From: Ylistrum balloti
Lineage: Eukaryota
NCBI RefSeq assembly: GCF_031769215.1
Contig: NW_026781945.1
Span: forward strand, 806,001-870,000
DNA: 64,000 nucleotides
Direction of reading: 5' to 3'
Both the position numbers and the translations under genes were made by a program. The notes beneath the pieces were generated by a model, which searched no databases, was not told the origin of the DNA, and saw nothing but the letters and a program-made list of their open reading frames with translations. Of the stretch, positions 24,182 to 36,497 are shown piece after piece. The first letter of the stretch is position 1. Each line of letters begins with the position of its first letter.

Positions 24182-27100
24182 GTAAGCGTACTTGTTATCA
24201 TTGTGCTGTTTCATTTTCTTTATTCAGGATAAGAACAAGGTTAAACCGTCAAGATGTCCACACGAGCCAAAAAATCCGGTGTAGCGTATGACATCGAACG
24301 GAAGATGGAGGAAGTAAGAGAAGATCAGTATTAATGATGCGCTTGAAACAAACGGCTGATTAGTGTTCTTCTAGTAACAAGCAGAGATCTGTAACAAGAT
24401 GCAGAAACCTTCGGATTTCGGATATATGTTTTTTTCTAATCGTTCTAATCGAATTATTGTTTCGTTTTAACAGTAAAAGTAATGTGAAGCAAAATTTTTT
24501 TGTGTTGGAAGAACACTAATTACTTGCCATGATATCAGTTATAATATAATGAATGCTTTTTGATATCAAATAGTGATTATGTGTTATATTTGATATATGT
24601 TTCTGTCTGTGTCACATATTGTCACAAAAATTATCTTACACGTGTCAATAGCGAAACATCAACTAGGCGAAACATCACTGAAAAAAATATCACAAAGCGT
24701 TCATTATCATTGTAACCTGATTCTTTTGTAGTGACTGCTCGACCTCGATCTCGGAGGACTGCCAACACTAGAGATGCATGAGTTTGTTCCCCAAAATCAT
24801 TCATACATAACCTGTATATCACGTGTCTCTGTTCACAGTACCCCTTCCCTACTGTTTCATCTTCCAATCATCGTCATCAGCGTCGAGATGTCTTTAAGAT
24901 CTAGTAAGGCGGGCTTTGGTTATGAAGTTCAAAGAAAAATGGAGGCTGTAAGGAAACCTATCAAGTACAATAACGTTGTTTCTAAGACATGCATTTACTC
25001 GATGAAATCACATGAGAATATTATAGTAGATTAGCATGAATCATAACCATTTCAATATGTAGTGTTTATCTAAAAGACCGTTTGTTGATGCCATCTCTTC
25101 GTATGTAGGAAAATTTGTTGGTTTGTAACAAAAAGTAAATATACTCTTTTCTGTTAATTTTTCTGTCCTTACTTTATGAATTTAGGATTTTTTAAAAACT
25201 TGATAGCTCTAAGGTAAATATATAATTTTCAATATTTCACTCTTTGAAGTCTGAGCTGTTTTAAATTAGAAATAAAAACAGATAACGACAAAAAAATCTG
25301 TTTAAATAACAATAGCGATAAAATTGTGAAATCTTATATACGTTTTGTTTAAAACGCTCCACTAATTTTATGCAATAAGCCATGGGAGGTAACTCTTATT
25401 TTCAATTTTTCTATCAACAATGAGGTAATGAATACAGATCGGCTTGTTACCAAATATTTTTTAAAGAATGAAAAATGGATGATCATATAATATCATATAT
25501 CTAGAATAAGAGATGGTATCGCAATACTTATACTTATGAAAATTGTAGATTTTATTTAGACATTCTCTATTATCATAAATGGAGTGATATGCATGATAGA
25601 TCCGTTAGATATTAGAAACAGAATAAAATTATTTACAATGTAGTAAACAAAAACTGGTCTAAGTTTGTAGTTCAAGGCTATTAGCCTTGATGTATGCAAT
25701 CATTTTAAATGCCATTGATGACATTTCCCCCCTTTTTCAGATTTTTTACCTTTCGAATTCCTCTTCAATTTCATTTCAAGTTCAATTTCATTATTGCACT
25801 TACATAGTATCACTTCATCATTTGGATAATATCTTACTCCGTCTTTATATGGACAATATTTAAAGCAACTTCAGTTTTTATTTTGTTAACCATTCTTATT
25901 TCAACGATCATTTGATGGATATCCTTCGCCTACCATTTTCGTAACCATCAATTTTCTACTTTTCTGTTTACTAAGTATGCGCATATGCGACCGCTTCAAC
26001 ACGTAATATATCACCAATCAAAAATATATTTTTTGTTTCAAAGTTTTCTATTTTGTGTTATTGGTTTTAGTTTTCACTCAGAAATAAGGTTTCAAATGAT
26101 CTACACACGACACACGTATTGCATTTTATGAAGCACTCGTCACCTGCCATGCAAGCGCGTACGATCTTTATATATGCACTATATCACCAATTTTACTGCT
26201 CATTTTTCATGTCATGTCATAGACCACCTTTGTTTACTGTGTTTGTCCAATCAGCAATGACCTATTTAAAACGAACCGTGCTTGATGTTTACTAGATATG
26301 GTTCTATAATTTATATTTTAATTGAGACTTCGGAAATCCAATGATAATTCATGGAGTCATCTGTCCCTAAGGCGTTCGTTTTAGATAGGTGAGGGTCAAA
26401 AATATTGTCGTCCTTTTGTTCTTATTGTCCTATTCTGTATTAATTTGTTACATTTATATACGGATACCATAGAATAAAGACATATTAATTAACAAATACT
26501 TTCAATTTGAAACTGATAAAATGAGGTCAAAACTTTGACAACAGAAAGTTTCAAACGAAATCCTTGAAAAAAACATCAGAGGAAGACACCCCTTTGTTCA
26601 ATAACGGCCAGCGAGTCTTACCACATCTACTTTTCTTATACGAGTGCACAGAAAATTTTATTTTCAAAATGTTGGTTAGGAAAAAGGACTATTTGGATAA
26701 CATAAATGAGTGTTTGTGAATTTGAGGTAATGAATGACATAACAAAATCTGTTAACAGCAAAGTAGGATGCATACTACTGTCAACAGGAACTGAAGATTT
26801 TCTGAACATATTTTGCATGAAGAATATAAAAAAAGAAGACGACTATGATTGGTAACAATAGTGTAATATCCTATTAGATAATACATAGTTAATTGTTTTC
26901 AATTTCATATACATATATATCACGGCATCATTTACTATGTATTTAGTCATCCCTGTGTCTTGCACTCATATAATAATGGTCTAGTGTTACTAAAAATTCA
27001 TTATGATTATATCACATATATACTGGAATTTTATATGGATGTGATGGATATTTTGACACTCTGAAAATAATCTGCAAATAATTGATGATTTTTTTTGTTA

Positions 27101-30100
27101 TATAACATGTATTTGAAAGAGTAGAATCAATCTTCTGATACCTATGTTCTACTCAACAGAAATTGACTTAAGAAATTAGCTTTATACTCAAATCCACGAC
27201 TGTCATCTACTGGATTAGTAAATGTGTTTAAGAATACTAACGAATATTGTATTGCCTACGCGGTCATTGTTTAATTATTTAATTTTTTTCGATAATCAAT
27301 TATTTGCAAATTATTTTTTATTTATAAAGATATTATCACAAGTAATGTGTTTATTGCTGTGTTTAACAAGATATGAACATTCGAATTATATATCATATTG
27401 ATCACTGTAACAATAATAACTTCATTTCCATTCGTTTATAAGATGAACGTATAAAAAGAGTAATTCAACAGAACATTGATAATGTTAACATCTATGTTTT
27501 CTCTTGGTTTTCATGATATATCTTTTATACTGAATATTAATTTGATTTTTTTTTCATTTCATTAAGTATCATGTGCTATGATGAATTGATTTTCTATTCC
27601 ATTTTCAGATGTTATGTTTTTTTCACGTTTATAACCAGCAAATGTAATATTGTGTCACATTAAAGTGAATGAATTTTATTATTTCATTGATGCTATGAAA
27701 GATATGCGTATCATGTTGAACTATATTTAAAAGGTAACGTATATGGAATATGTATCACACATTGTGTAAAGTAAAATCTGAGATGCCTTTCTTTCTATAT
27801 GCTTATTAGCAGTAAACATATTTAACTATCTGTTTATTTCAAAGTTTGAAAAAAGGCAATGAAACCAAACGAACTCACTTTGTTTAAGAAGGAGACCAAA
27901 AAATAAGGAGTTCGGTTGTCTAGAACAATTTGACAGTTGCTTTATATGGTCATACCAGAAGTAAACTTTGACTGTTCAGAAATGTGGAAATGTTACTGGT
28001 TATATCTTTCAAGAACAATGCGACAAATGAATGTTCTGGTAAGGAGATATTAAATCAAATCTATAAAAGATGTTCTTGGATGGTTCGTGGTTTGCCAAAC
28101 GTTTAACGAAAATATCACTTTTTACAAACAAAAGGAACGTATAATGGACTTCACTTGAGTTAAGTTGTCATGGTGTCCATTTTTCGCGATGTTGAAACAT
28201 CCCCGAAAATTTGCTTTTCGTCCTTTTGTGTACAGAACTATGACAGAGAGGAAGCACAAGGTACTCCTAAGCACATCAGAGAATGGATTAACAGTGTGAT
28301 GGCTAATGACCCTAACTACACAAAATGCGTAAGTATTTCACTGTATTAATGTATTGTTTTTGTTACAATCATTTCTTTTGATTTTAATTCCTCGTGTCCA
28401 ATATGTCTCCATTAGTTATAAACTGAAGCTGACAATCTTTGAAGACTACAGGAGCAAACCAATTGCAAAAATCTTAAACATTTCAATTCATCAAAAAGGA
28501 ATATTTTGTACATATTATCATCTGCTTATGCTTTTGCTTTTGTTTGTATTGTGTTATATGCTTAAGGAACTTTTCTGTAATGATACAACTAATATCAAAA
28601 CTATCATAAAGCTCCAAAACTTTATCAACCGACACTATACGGTTGTATCCTTTGCTAATATTGACTTATAGAAACAAGATATATCTTAAACGTATGTTGA
28701 CGTATATTTTGTCTCATCAGTTTTGATTATCTCTCAAAGTAGTGACTAAAATTGCACAGAACATTTGACATGCACATCTAATTGAATAACAGGTGTATAA
28801 TACACTCGCTATTGATATATGACGTCACAGAATCGATGTGAATATAGAATTTATTCGTACGAACATCCGTGACGTCACTAAGGACGTCGGTTTCCTTTGC
28901 TTGAATTCGCTAGGTTGACAAAAATATATACAAAAATAGATGAATAAATAGATATTTGAATAAACAAACCAATACCATCAAAAAGTCTATATACAGAACA
29001 AACTCAAAAAAATTCAAAATCAATTTGATATTTTGCATTTACTTATCAATTATGCTAAACATTTTGCATATTTTTTTCATGAAACTAACTCTTAATTCTA
29101 ATTTATAACAATTATGAGGTATATGTTACCTAATGATTATTATATAAAAAGCTGTCTTTGAATAAAAATCCAAACCCTACTGTTTTATCTGTTTTATGTT
29201 TATTGTATGACGATCTATCCACAGAAACTATATTATAGTGGAGAAACATGAGCGCCAGTGGTGCCGATTTACAGGTATACATGGTTTGATCAGAACGCCA
29301 CCAGAGTGCATTTTCGAACACCACCATTTTCCAATATTTTATCTCCATGTGATGCCCCGAAATCTCATTCCAGACCAAACACCTATTGTAGATGCTTGCG
29401 GAATCAATGGTACGCCATTTGTGGTCTCTTGAAAATGCGTGAAAATCTCACTGATCCTTTCGTTATTATTCATTCCTGAAGCCTTAAAGTCTCATTTCAT
29501 ATATTTTTTTTTTTTAATATCTGCAACGAATCAGCACCAGAACAAACTATAGTTTTTAATTTGGGTTAATCCTACTCTAAATTTGTACCGAAAAGAACTG
29601 ATATAATGTGTGTCGTTCCGTGCAATAATTGGAATTTTCAAAGATGTTTTCAATGTCATTTCCCTTGAACACAATGGCGTGCGGTTACATTCCAGTCTCC
29701 TTCACAAAAATATCCTCCAAATCCTTACAATGACGATAGGGAAAATACCTACCTTCCCTCCATCTAACCTGTGAAAAAAGTGATATATGTTCAGCAAAGA
29801 AATTCACGCGTGGCCAATTAAAAATGTTGTCAATCTTTAAAACTTCAAAGATTTGTTTACAAAAACATTTGAAACAAAAATAGATAGTGTATTAATTTCT
29901 ATAGCAAGATATTTACGGTAACGTATAAAATATTCCATGCAATGAATGTGATTACATATATGCTTGCCAGCTACCTGTTCATCAATTGATTGATCGTATC
30001 ATTTAAATGTTTGAACTTTTTAATTTGAGTGAATCCTGATTTTTTTCAGTGAAAAAAATCCCGGTATCATCAAGATTTTATGCATTTTATACTGCCACTC

Positions 30101-32533
30101 TTTTATATAAGAATCGAAACCAGGAGTTAAATGCCTGTTCCAATTTGCAAACTTTGAAAAAGTAGATACTTAGGTATGTCAAAATGAACTTTCCACTTGA
30201 AATATTGTCAAATTTCCATAGTGCAAAATAATCAAAATAGGCCTCATTTTAAAAGAAGTTGAAATTCAAAATTCACAGAAGCAGGCATACTCCTTCCATC
30301 TTTATTTTAATTTGATTTAAATTGTTTACAATGTGTAATCTAAACACCATTTTTTATAAACCCGAGTATATATATCAACCCCATAGTACTAACCGCCTGG
30401 AGAATCCCACCCTTCCTCACCTTATGTCCTCTGATCTTTTTATTTTAGGGTGACACTGACTGGAAAGGCTTTTGCACCTTTTTAAGAGACGGTGTTGTTC
30501 TATGCAAGTAAGTCACGTAAATCTATAAAGTAACAGGCCTCTTTCTCTCGTTATGCATGCCTTCTTTAACATTAACTCCTAACTAATAGTTTCCATAATA
30601 AAATCACCTCTCCGACATTTCATCAGCTCCATGATAAATTTAAAAGTCACAAACAATTTTGAAACTGTTTTCCTATAGTCAATGTAAAGAATTATCTTAA
30701 GGACAATGGAATGTGATTGATTTGTAGGACAAACTATTTATCTTTGGTTCCCAGTTCAAACACTTTGCAGTGTAATATAACGGTCCGTCTTCTAATATAA
30801 CGTTGCATTCTGACATTTTAATACATATTTTGATATTTCTGCACATGTGTTCTATGTATTTTTTTATGCCTTTCATTGTATTCTGAACCAGATTAATTCA
30901 AAAGTACGTTAACAGAGTTACAACAAATACTAAAGAAATATTATGACCATGGAACTATCTAAATGTGTTTGTCATTCTAGATCTTGTGGAAAATATCAAC
31001 GTCGGAAATAAAATAGTAACCTATCCTTGTTTTGCATACCATCTTGCTTTGAAAAATGATGATTCATGCAGGCACAGGTTGTCTGGACATATCACGTTAC
31101 AATGTCGTAGATCTATGACATTGTATTTTGTCTTGGTTCAAGTTCAAAAGTATCACTGATTGTGCTTCACCTGCTGTTTGTATAACGTATTCGAGCTTTC
31201 ATCGTTCTTTATTAAAGTGATTGATATTGTAACAGCTCTTTTATCGTTTCCATTGACGAAATATCGACATATAAGGTCATTTGATAATTTTTGATTATCG
31301 TATACTTTAATATTATGAAGTAAATGTCTAAACATTGAATTTTGTGAAACATCATTACTTCCCGAAGTAGTAAAAGAAAAATAAGAAAGAAAAAAACTTG
31401 TTTCCTGTGTATATCCTCCATTTGGTCTTCGGTAAACATCAAATCTGACAACCTTTCTCGCCAAAATGTAATCAGCTGTTTTTACAATTTCATCATTTGT
31501 CGCGTTAATCCGTCGGTGCGTACAATTGTTATTCATAGTACAAGTGATTATAAGATTTGTTTCTTTGATGTTGCATATAGATGCGTATACTGCAATTTGA
31601 AAACAGAAATTTCAACACAACACGGCATCACGCTTCATTTAAAATATCTGTAGAAACAAGAAACAAAAAACGAATTCTCAAATATGATCATATGACATTT
31701 TGATTCGATTTTGATTTTAGGTTCCTCAACGTTTTATTGGCAAGCGATGACAAACCCAAAGTATCGTTCACTAAGAAGGTCGCAAACAGCTTCGCTGCAA
31801 TGACAAACATCGAAAACTTCAACAAAGGATGTGAAACATACGGTCTTGCCAGGGAGTTCTCCTTTCAGAGCGGAGACTTATGGGAATTACGCAAAGGGCC
31901 ATTCTACAACGTCATTAACTGCCTACACAGCTTAGGTTTCACGGTAAAATGGCATTAATATTTTTGTTCTATTATATATAATATTATATTCCATATTTAA
32001 CAATATTACACGTACATAATTTATATATAGTAATCTAACAGATTTAGTAGTAATCTGACTGAAACGGTAAGTGATTCTATCTCCGAAATTAGAAATTAAA
32101 GTAAACATATATGTACTAGACTTCTGAAATGATTATATATATCTAATTATAAAAATAATGGGATTAGTACATCCTCCCATCTAGAATTTCACTTTTCTTC
32201 CGATCACTTAAAATTTTCTTCAATCGCTTCTTAGGTTTCTAGGTTTCAAATTTTATGCCAGTAGCACCACTGCCGAGTCTTGGAAGGACGAAAATCTGTA
32301 TTGATGTATATGTGGCTCTACTATATCTGATTCTGAATTTGTATTCAAATGTGTTATTCATTTGTATATCTGTTTAAAACACATTTCAAACTATTGTTAC
32401 ATACTATATTTTTCCTACGTCATACATCATAAACAAAACAATGAAGTCTAATGTTTATGTTTTCCAGGCCAATTCCAAATCCTTTTGTCCAGCATATAGC
32501 GGGGAAGTAACCAAATATATGGACAGGGATTAA
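24119..32533 (+). CDS. Calponin-homology domain protein, transgelin/myophilin/Mp20-like, 166-167 aa, with three alternative N-terminal exons
   Basis: An alternative ATG exon (24119-24181, 24254-24313 or 24888-24947) joins shared exons 28236-28328, 30449-30507, 31721-31943 and 32468-32533; all are GT-AG and in phase. Shared part: NYDREEAQGTPKHIREWINSV..GFCTFLRDGVVLCKFLNVL..FAAMTNIENFNKGCETYGL..FQSGDLWE..VINCLHSLGFTANSK..RD*. These are type-3 CH domain hallmarks (IREWI, LRDGVVLC, NIENF, FQ..DL.E, V..CL.SLG). Confidence 0.93.
24254..24313 (+). CDS. Alternative start exon B of the CH gene (MSTRAKKSGVAYDIERKMEE)
   Basis: Acceptor ttttctttattcAG at 24227, in-frame upstream TAA, tcaagATG, phase-0 donor GTAAGA at 24314. 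Confidence 0.88.
24888..24947 (+). CDS. Alternative start exon C of the CH gene (MSLRSSKAGFGYEVQRKMEA)
   Basis: Acceptor tcgtcatcAG at 24880, tcgagATG, phase-0 donor GTAAGG at 24948. Closest of the three to the canonical transgelin N-terminus (G...EVQ.K). Confidence 0.88.
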
Positions 32534-33974
32534 ACAGCAACGTGACGTCACCAATAACTGCCATATCTTTAGATAATCTGATATTTCATCCGTCCAAGTT
32601 TTAACAGGAAAAAGATACCAGTTCTAATGTTTGAAATGAACAAGACCATCGTGTGATTCTAACTACATCGGAAAGCTCCAAATAAACCAAACGAGATGGC
32701 AGCTTTAGGTCAACGTCATGCTACAGTGTCCATCTAATGCTATACACGTGTACTACTTCTGTTTATTATTTTATTTTCTGTTTACTTGGCTTTTTTGTCT
32801 GTGTCGATGTAGGGCAGAAGGATATAAACGTTTATTGTTGTAAGTGACTGTCGGGGAAATATGTCACCGATGAGAAAAACAAGCATTGTGAAAACTATCA
32901 CGGAAAAAGAGTCGAAAGAATTTAGTCTGATGTCCGGTATAATTACACAATCACTAGAACCGAATTGTGACAGAATATTGGAGATTCGTGTTTGGATCAC
33001 GTGGTCTTTATTTTTTGGTGATGTTTTCCTGTTAGGAACACGTTTGTAACGGATCCATGATGGGATTGCATCGTAACAATTCGGACAACTAATATCATCA
33101 ATATAGTTGGGTTTAAAAATTCCGATGAATACAAGATCTTTGGATCTGAAACAGAAAGGAGACATATTTTTGCAGGATATTGTTTCGTTAATCAAATTCC
33201 ACTGACTGTTTCAACAGAAAGTCATTCTAGAGGAAATCTACTCGATACAAAGATCAAAAGTATCCGAACCATCACAATAGATTAGACAAAATAAATCGTC
33301 TTTATCATTATTTATACAATGAAATTTGCTTATGAAAATAAATATATCATTATTGTTACTATTCCATATGTTGTTTTTTCAAGTCTAAGGCATATATGGT
33401 AATATGTTACGATGATGCATTATAGACCACTGAATAATGATGTCCTATTTTACAAAGACACCAAATAGATATAACCTTTTGATACAAATTAAATTTTCGA
33501 AACAGTTTTTGCTACATAACGAATGAAATTGTAGTACTCGACTGTGATTCTTGACCTTCAGTGAGTAAGTTTAAAAGACTAGCTATGACAAACAAATTCG
33601 ATGATTTCCGTAAAGTTTTCATATTTTATGGCGAACAATATCCATATTATAAAGACTAAATTTCTAAATGGAATATAATACTCATGTCAAATATTACAAC
33701 TGTTCTAACACAAACAACTGAAACAAATTTCTATCATTCATACTAATTATAATTGATAAGGAACTCCAGCATATCATCACAGCGAAAATTTGTCTTCGTC
33801 AAAAGAAATATGAAAAAATTCTCATATAATAACAGTTAAGCAAGTTTGAAAGAAAATTAAGATATTATGTCTGCTTGAAAGGTGTGTCAAAAACGAAGAA
33901 AATATCGACATATTAACAGAATCTTAATTCAGACATAGATTTAATGAAGCGAGGGCAAAAAATGAAGAAAGAAC

Positions 33975-34532
33975 AAGGAGAATAATACTTTGTTCCGGTA
34001 GGGTAAGCGTCTTCTGCTTCACCGATGAATGTACATCTTGGTAAATCCAAGTAAGGGATTTCACATCCCCAAGCTAAACAACAACTGAATCACCAGACGC
34101 ACACTAAAGAGCACCAAACAAGCCCAACTTCATATAGCACATGAAAGCAAAACATTTCCAAATAAGCCCATTGTGATGACCGTAAAACTTCCCCATACTT
34201 TGTATCTGCCTGTATCTCTTGATACCCCTTGTTTGTAAGGTTATCTGTCAGATGACGATATTTGCACAAAACTCCCGGCATACAGCTTGATGGAAAGCTG
34301 TTCATGTTGGTTCTTTTGTAGGAAAAGATCGAGGTAAGCGGCGGATGTAGAAGAATCTGTCATGTCCTTGATTGCCGACTCTAGTGGGCATATTATCTAT
34401 CAACGCATGATCAATATAGTTTAAAGTGAAATTAAAGCACTTCGCAAGGTGTTAATGACCTGTGTTGATAATCTCTTCGATGAATTCAGATTCGTGTGAA
34501 ATAGACAAGACTGTCAAGAAAGGGGCACAGCT
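33975..34532 (-). mobile_element. Penelope-like (Naiad-type) RT 3' fragment, inverted arm
   Basis: The minus strand reads SCAPFL..ESEFIEEIINTGH*HLAKCFNFTLNYIDH..DSSTSAAYLDLFLQKNQHEQLSIKLY..MGKFYGHH, then the tail GAAGCAGAAGACGCTTACCCTACCGGAACA. Confidence 0.88.
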
Positions 34533-35290
34533 CCATCTTCCAACAGACAATTGGCATACCTATGTGAACCAGCTGCGCCCTTCTGTTAGCCAACTCGTTC
34601 TTGATTTCAGAAGAGGCTGAATTTATTGAAGAGCTAATCAAAACAGGTCATAATAACCTTGCAAATTCGTTTAATTTTGCCTTCAGATCTATTGATCACG
34701 TCTTGTCTTTAAATAACAAGAAATTCATTGATTACGTCCATCGTATAGATACGACAGACTCTTCTACATCAGCTGCTTGTCTCGATGTTTTACTACAACG
34801 AAACCAACATGGGCAGCTTTCCATAAAGCTGTATGTTAAACGTGATGATTTCAATTTCCCTATTGTGAATTTTTCCATTTCTGGAAAGCAACATCCCTGA
34901 ACCTCCAACCTATGGTATTTACATGTCACAGTTGATTCGATATTCAAGGGCCTGTTTCCAGTATCACGATTTTCGTGCAAGAAGTAGTCAACTGACTGAC
35001 AAACTCGTAACAGAAGGGTTCAAAAGATGCGGGTTGGTGAAAATTATGGGGAAGCTTTATGGTCGCCATAGTAATCTCATTGAGAAATGTTCTATTTCCT
35101 AGTGCGACATGAAGCTGGACGTGTTTGATGCTCGTTGGTTTGCCTGTTGGTTCCGTTGTTGTATATCTTACACTACTTACTTGAACTGACAAAAGTTAGG
35201 GCAGGTGTCGTCGATGAAGCAGAAGACGCTTACTCTTCCGGAACACCTGATCTTATTCTTGTACTTTTTTCAGGAGTCTTCGTGTTCATA
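34533..35290 (+). mobile_element. Penelope-like (Naiad-type) RT 3' fragment with 3' tail
   Basis: IFQQTIGIPM*TSCALLLAN..EAEFIEELIKTGHNNLANSFNFAFRSIDHVLSLNN..DSSTSAACLDV..KLYVKRDDFNFPIVNF..YGIYMSQLIRYSRAC..MGKLYGRHSNLIEK. The tail GAAGCAGAAGACGCTTACTCTTCCGGAACACCTG follows the RT with no downstream endonuclease, as in N-terminal-EN PLEs. Confidence 0.92.
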
Positions 35291-35997
35291 TTTTGTAATA
35301 ATTTTTGGAATTTGAGTTTGAATTATGATGCCATGTTGGTGTTTTCTTGATGTTTTTCGTACATTAAAAACGACTAGAATTATACTATAATATACACATC
35401 AAAATTAATAAGATTATAATCTCCGTTCTTCACGGTACAAATTACTTTTACAGAACATTTGAAAATTATTTTGTTTAGACTGTTCTGAAACGCTTGTGAA
35501 CGTGAATGTGATGAATTTGTTAAATAAAATATGGTACATTGATGGACGATAAAATAATTTTATAACGTAAAGATGCTTAGGCAAGTATACGTGGGTTATT
35601 ATTTTGCGCTTTTTCTGTACGTTACAAATTCAATATTTTTTTAAATATCACATTCATGTTCACAATAACATGTATCCTGAAGAGCTGATTTATCCACTTT
35701 AAACAGTTAGAAAACGTATCATATTTAACCCGTATCTTATTGACATATCCATGTAAACACCGAAAAAATCAAAGTTTGGCAAAAATTGAAATGTACTTAT
35801 ATTGTAGATTTCTAGAAAGTGCCAAGTCCTCGGAGGGAGGGGCTGTATGAGGTGTTTAATTATTTGGCTCCACTGTATCTGCTTCTACAGTTGTATTGAA
35901 AAGTATTCTGTGTTTACCGTTCTTAGTAATATGAAGTCATAGTAAGTTTTAAAGAACCATGAACTTTTTACTAACTTAAGTTCATAATTTGGAGTCT

Positions 35998-36497
35998 AAC
36001 AAAAGGCACAGAGGCTTTAACGGTCATCTGACGACAAAAACTTTCAGGAGGGCGAAGGGTTGTTTTTCTACTTTGAATGAAATCTTACGAAGAAGCTGAT
36101 TCCATGACATTTTGGTGAGGCCTCCCTGGCTGCTGTATCTAAGTTTAGACAAAGTAAAAAAATAACAACACTGTTGGCTAACTATCCTTAACATTCTGAA
36201 CAATTTTAGCTCAATGGCACCAAGGGAACAGGAGAAGAAGTTTAAAATATGTTTTTCAAAATGGCGGCTATGGCTGCCATCATGGATTTCAGACATACCC
36301 GAAAGATAACAATACTTGGTCAGGACCATCTCAGGATTATTTCAGGATCATTCATTCCCACTGGTGGAACTTGAGAAGTTTGAAATGTCAAAAGTTTATA
36401 CACGTCGCACGACACGCACGATGGACAGTGTACGATGGACAGCGCACGACAGACAAAACATAATGGTTATAAAATTCACACTATGGCTGGATGTATA
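35998..36497 (+). mobile_element. Non-autonomous modular interspersed repeat (AACAAG...GCCATC(A/T)TGGATTT...GACG/GACA family)
   Basis: Starts AACAAAAGGCACAGAGG, contains AAAATGGCGGC/GGCTGCCATCATGGATTT, and ends in ACGACACGCACGATGGACAG simple repeats. Same architecture as 38662 and 54200. Superfamily not determined. Confidence 0.6.

Noticed and set aside
25700-25990. Minus-strand Cys-containing frame (YCPYKDGVRYYPNDEVILCKC)
   Set aside because: Several in-frame stops, no good acceptor, and only a vague VWC-like resemblance.
29130-29480. Overlapping short ORFs with an MVW motif suggestive of a Tc1/mariner transposase
   Set aside because: No DDE motifs or TIRs could be found.
34565-34567. In-frame TGA in the PLE RT as possible selenocysteine (some clam Naiads encode selenoproteins)
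   Set aside because: It replaces the conserved Gly of PMG, not a Cys, by one substitution in a copy full of other lesions.
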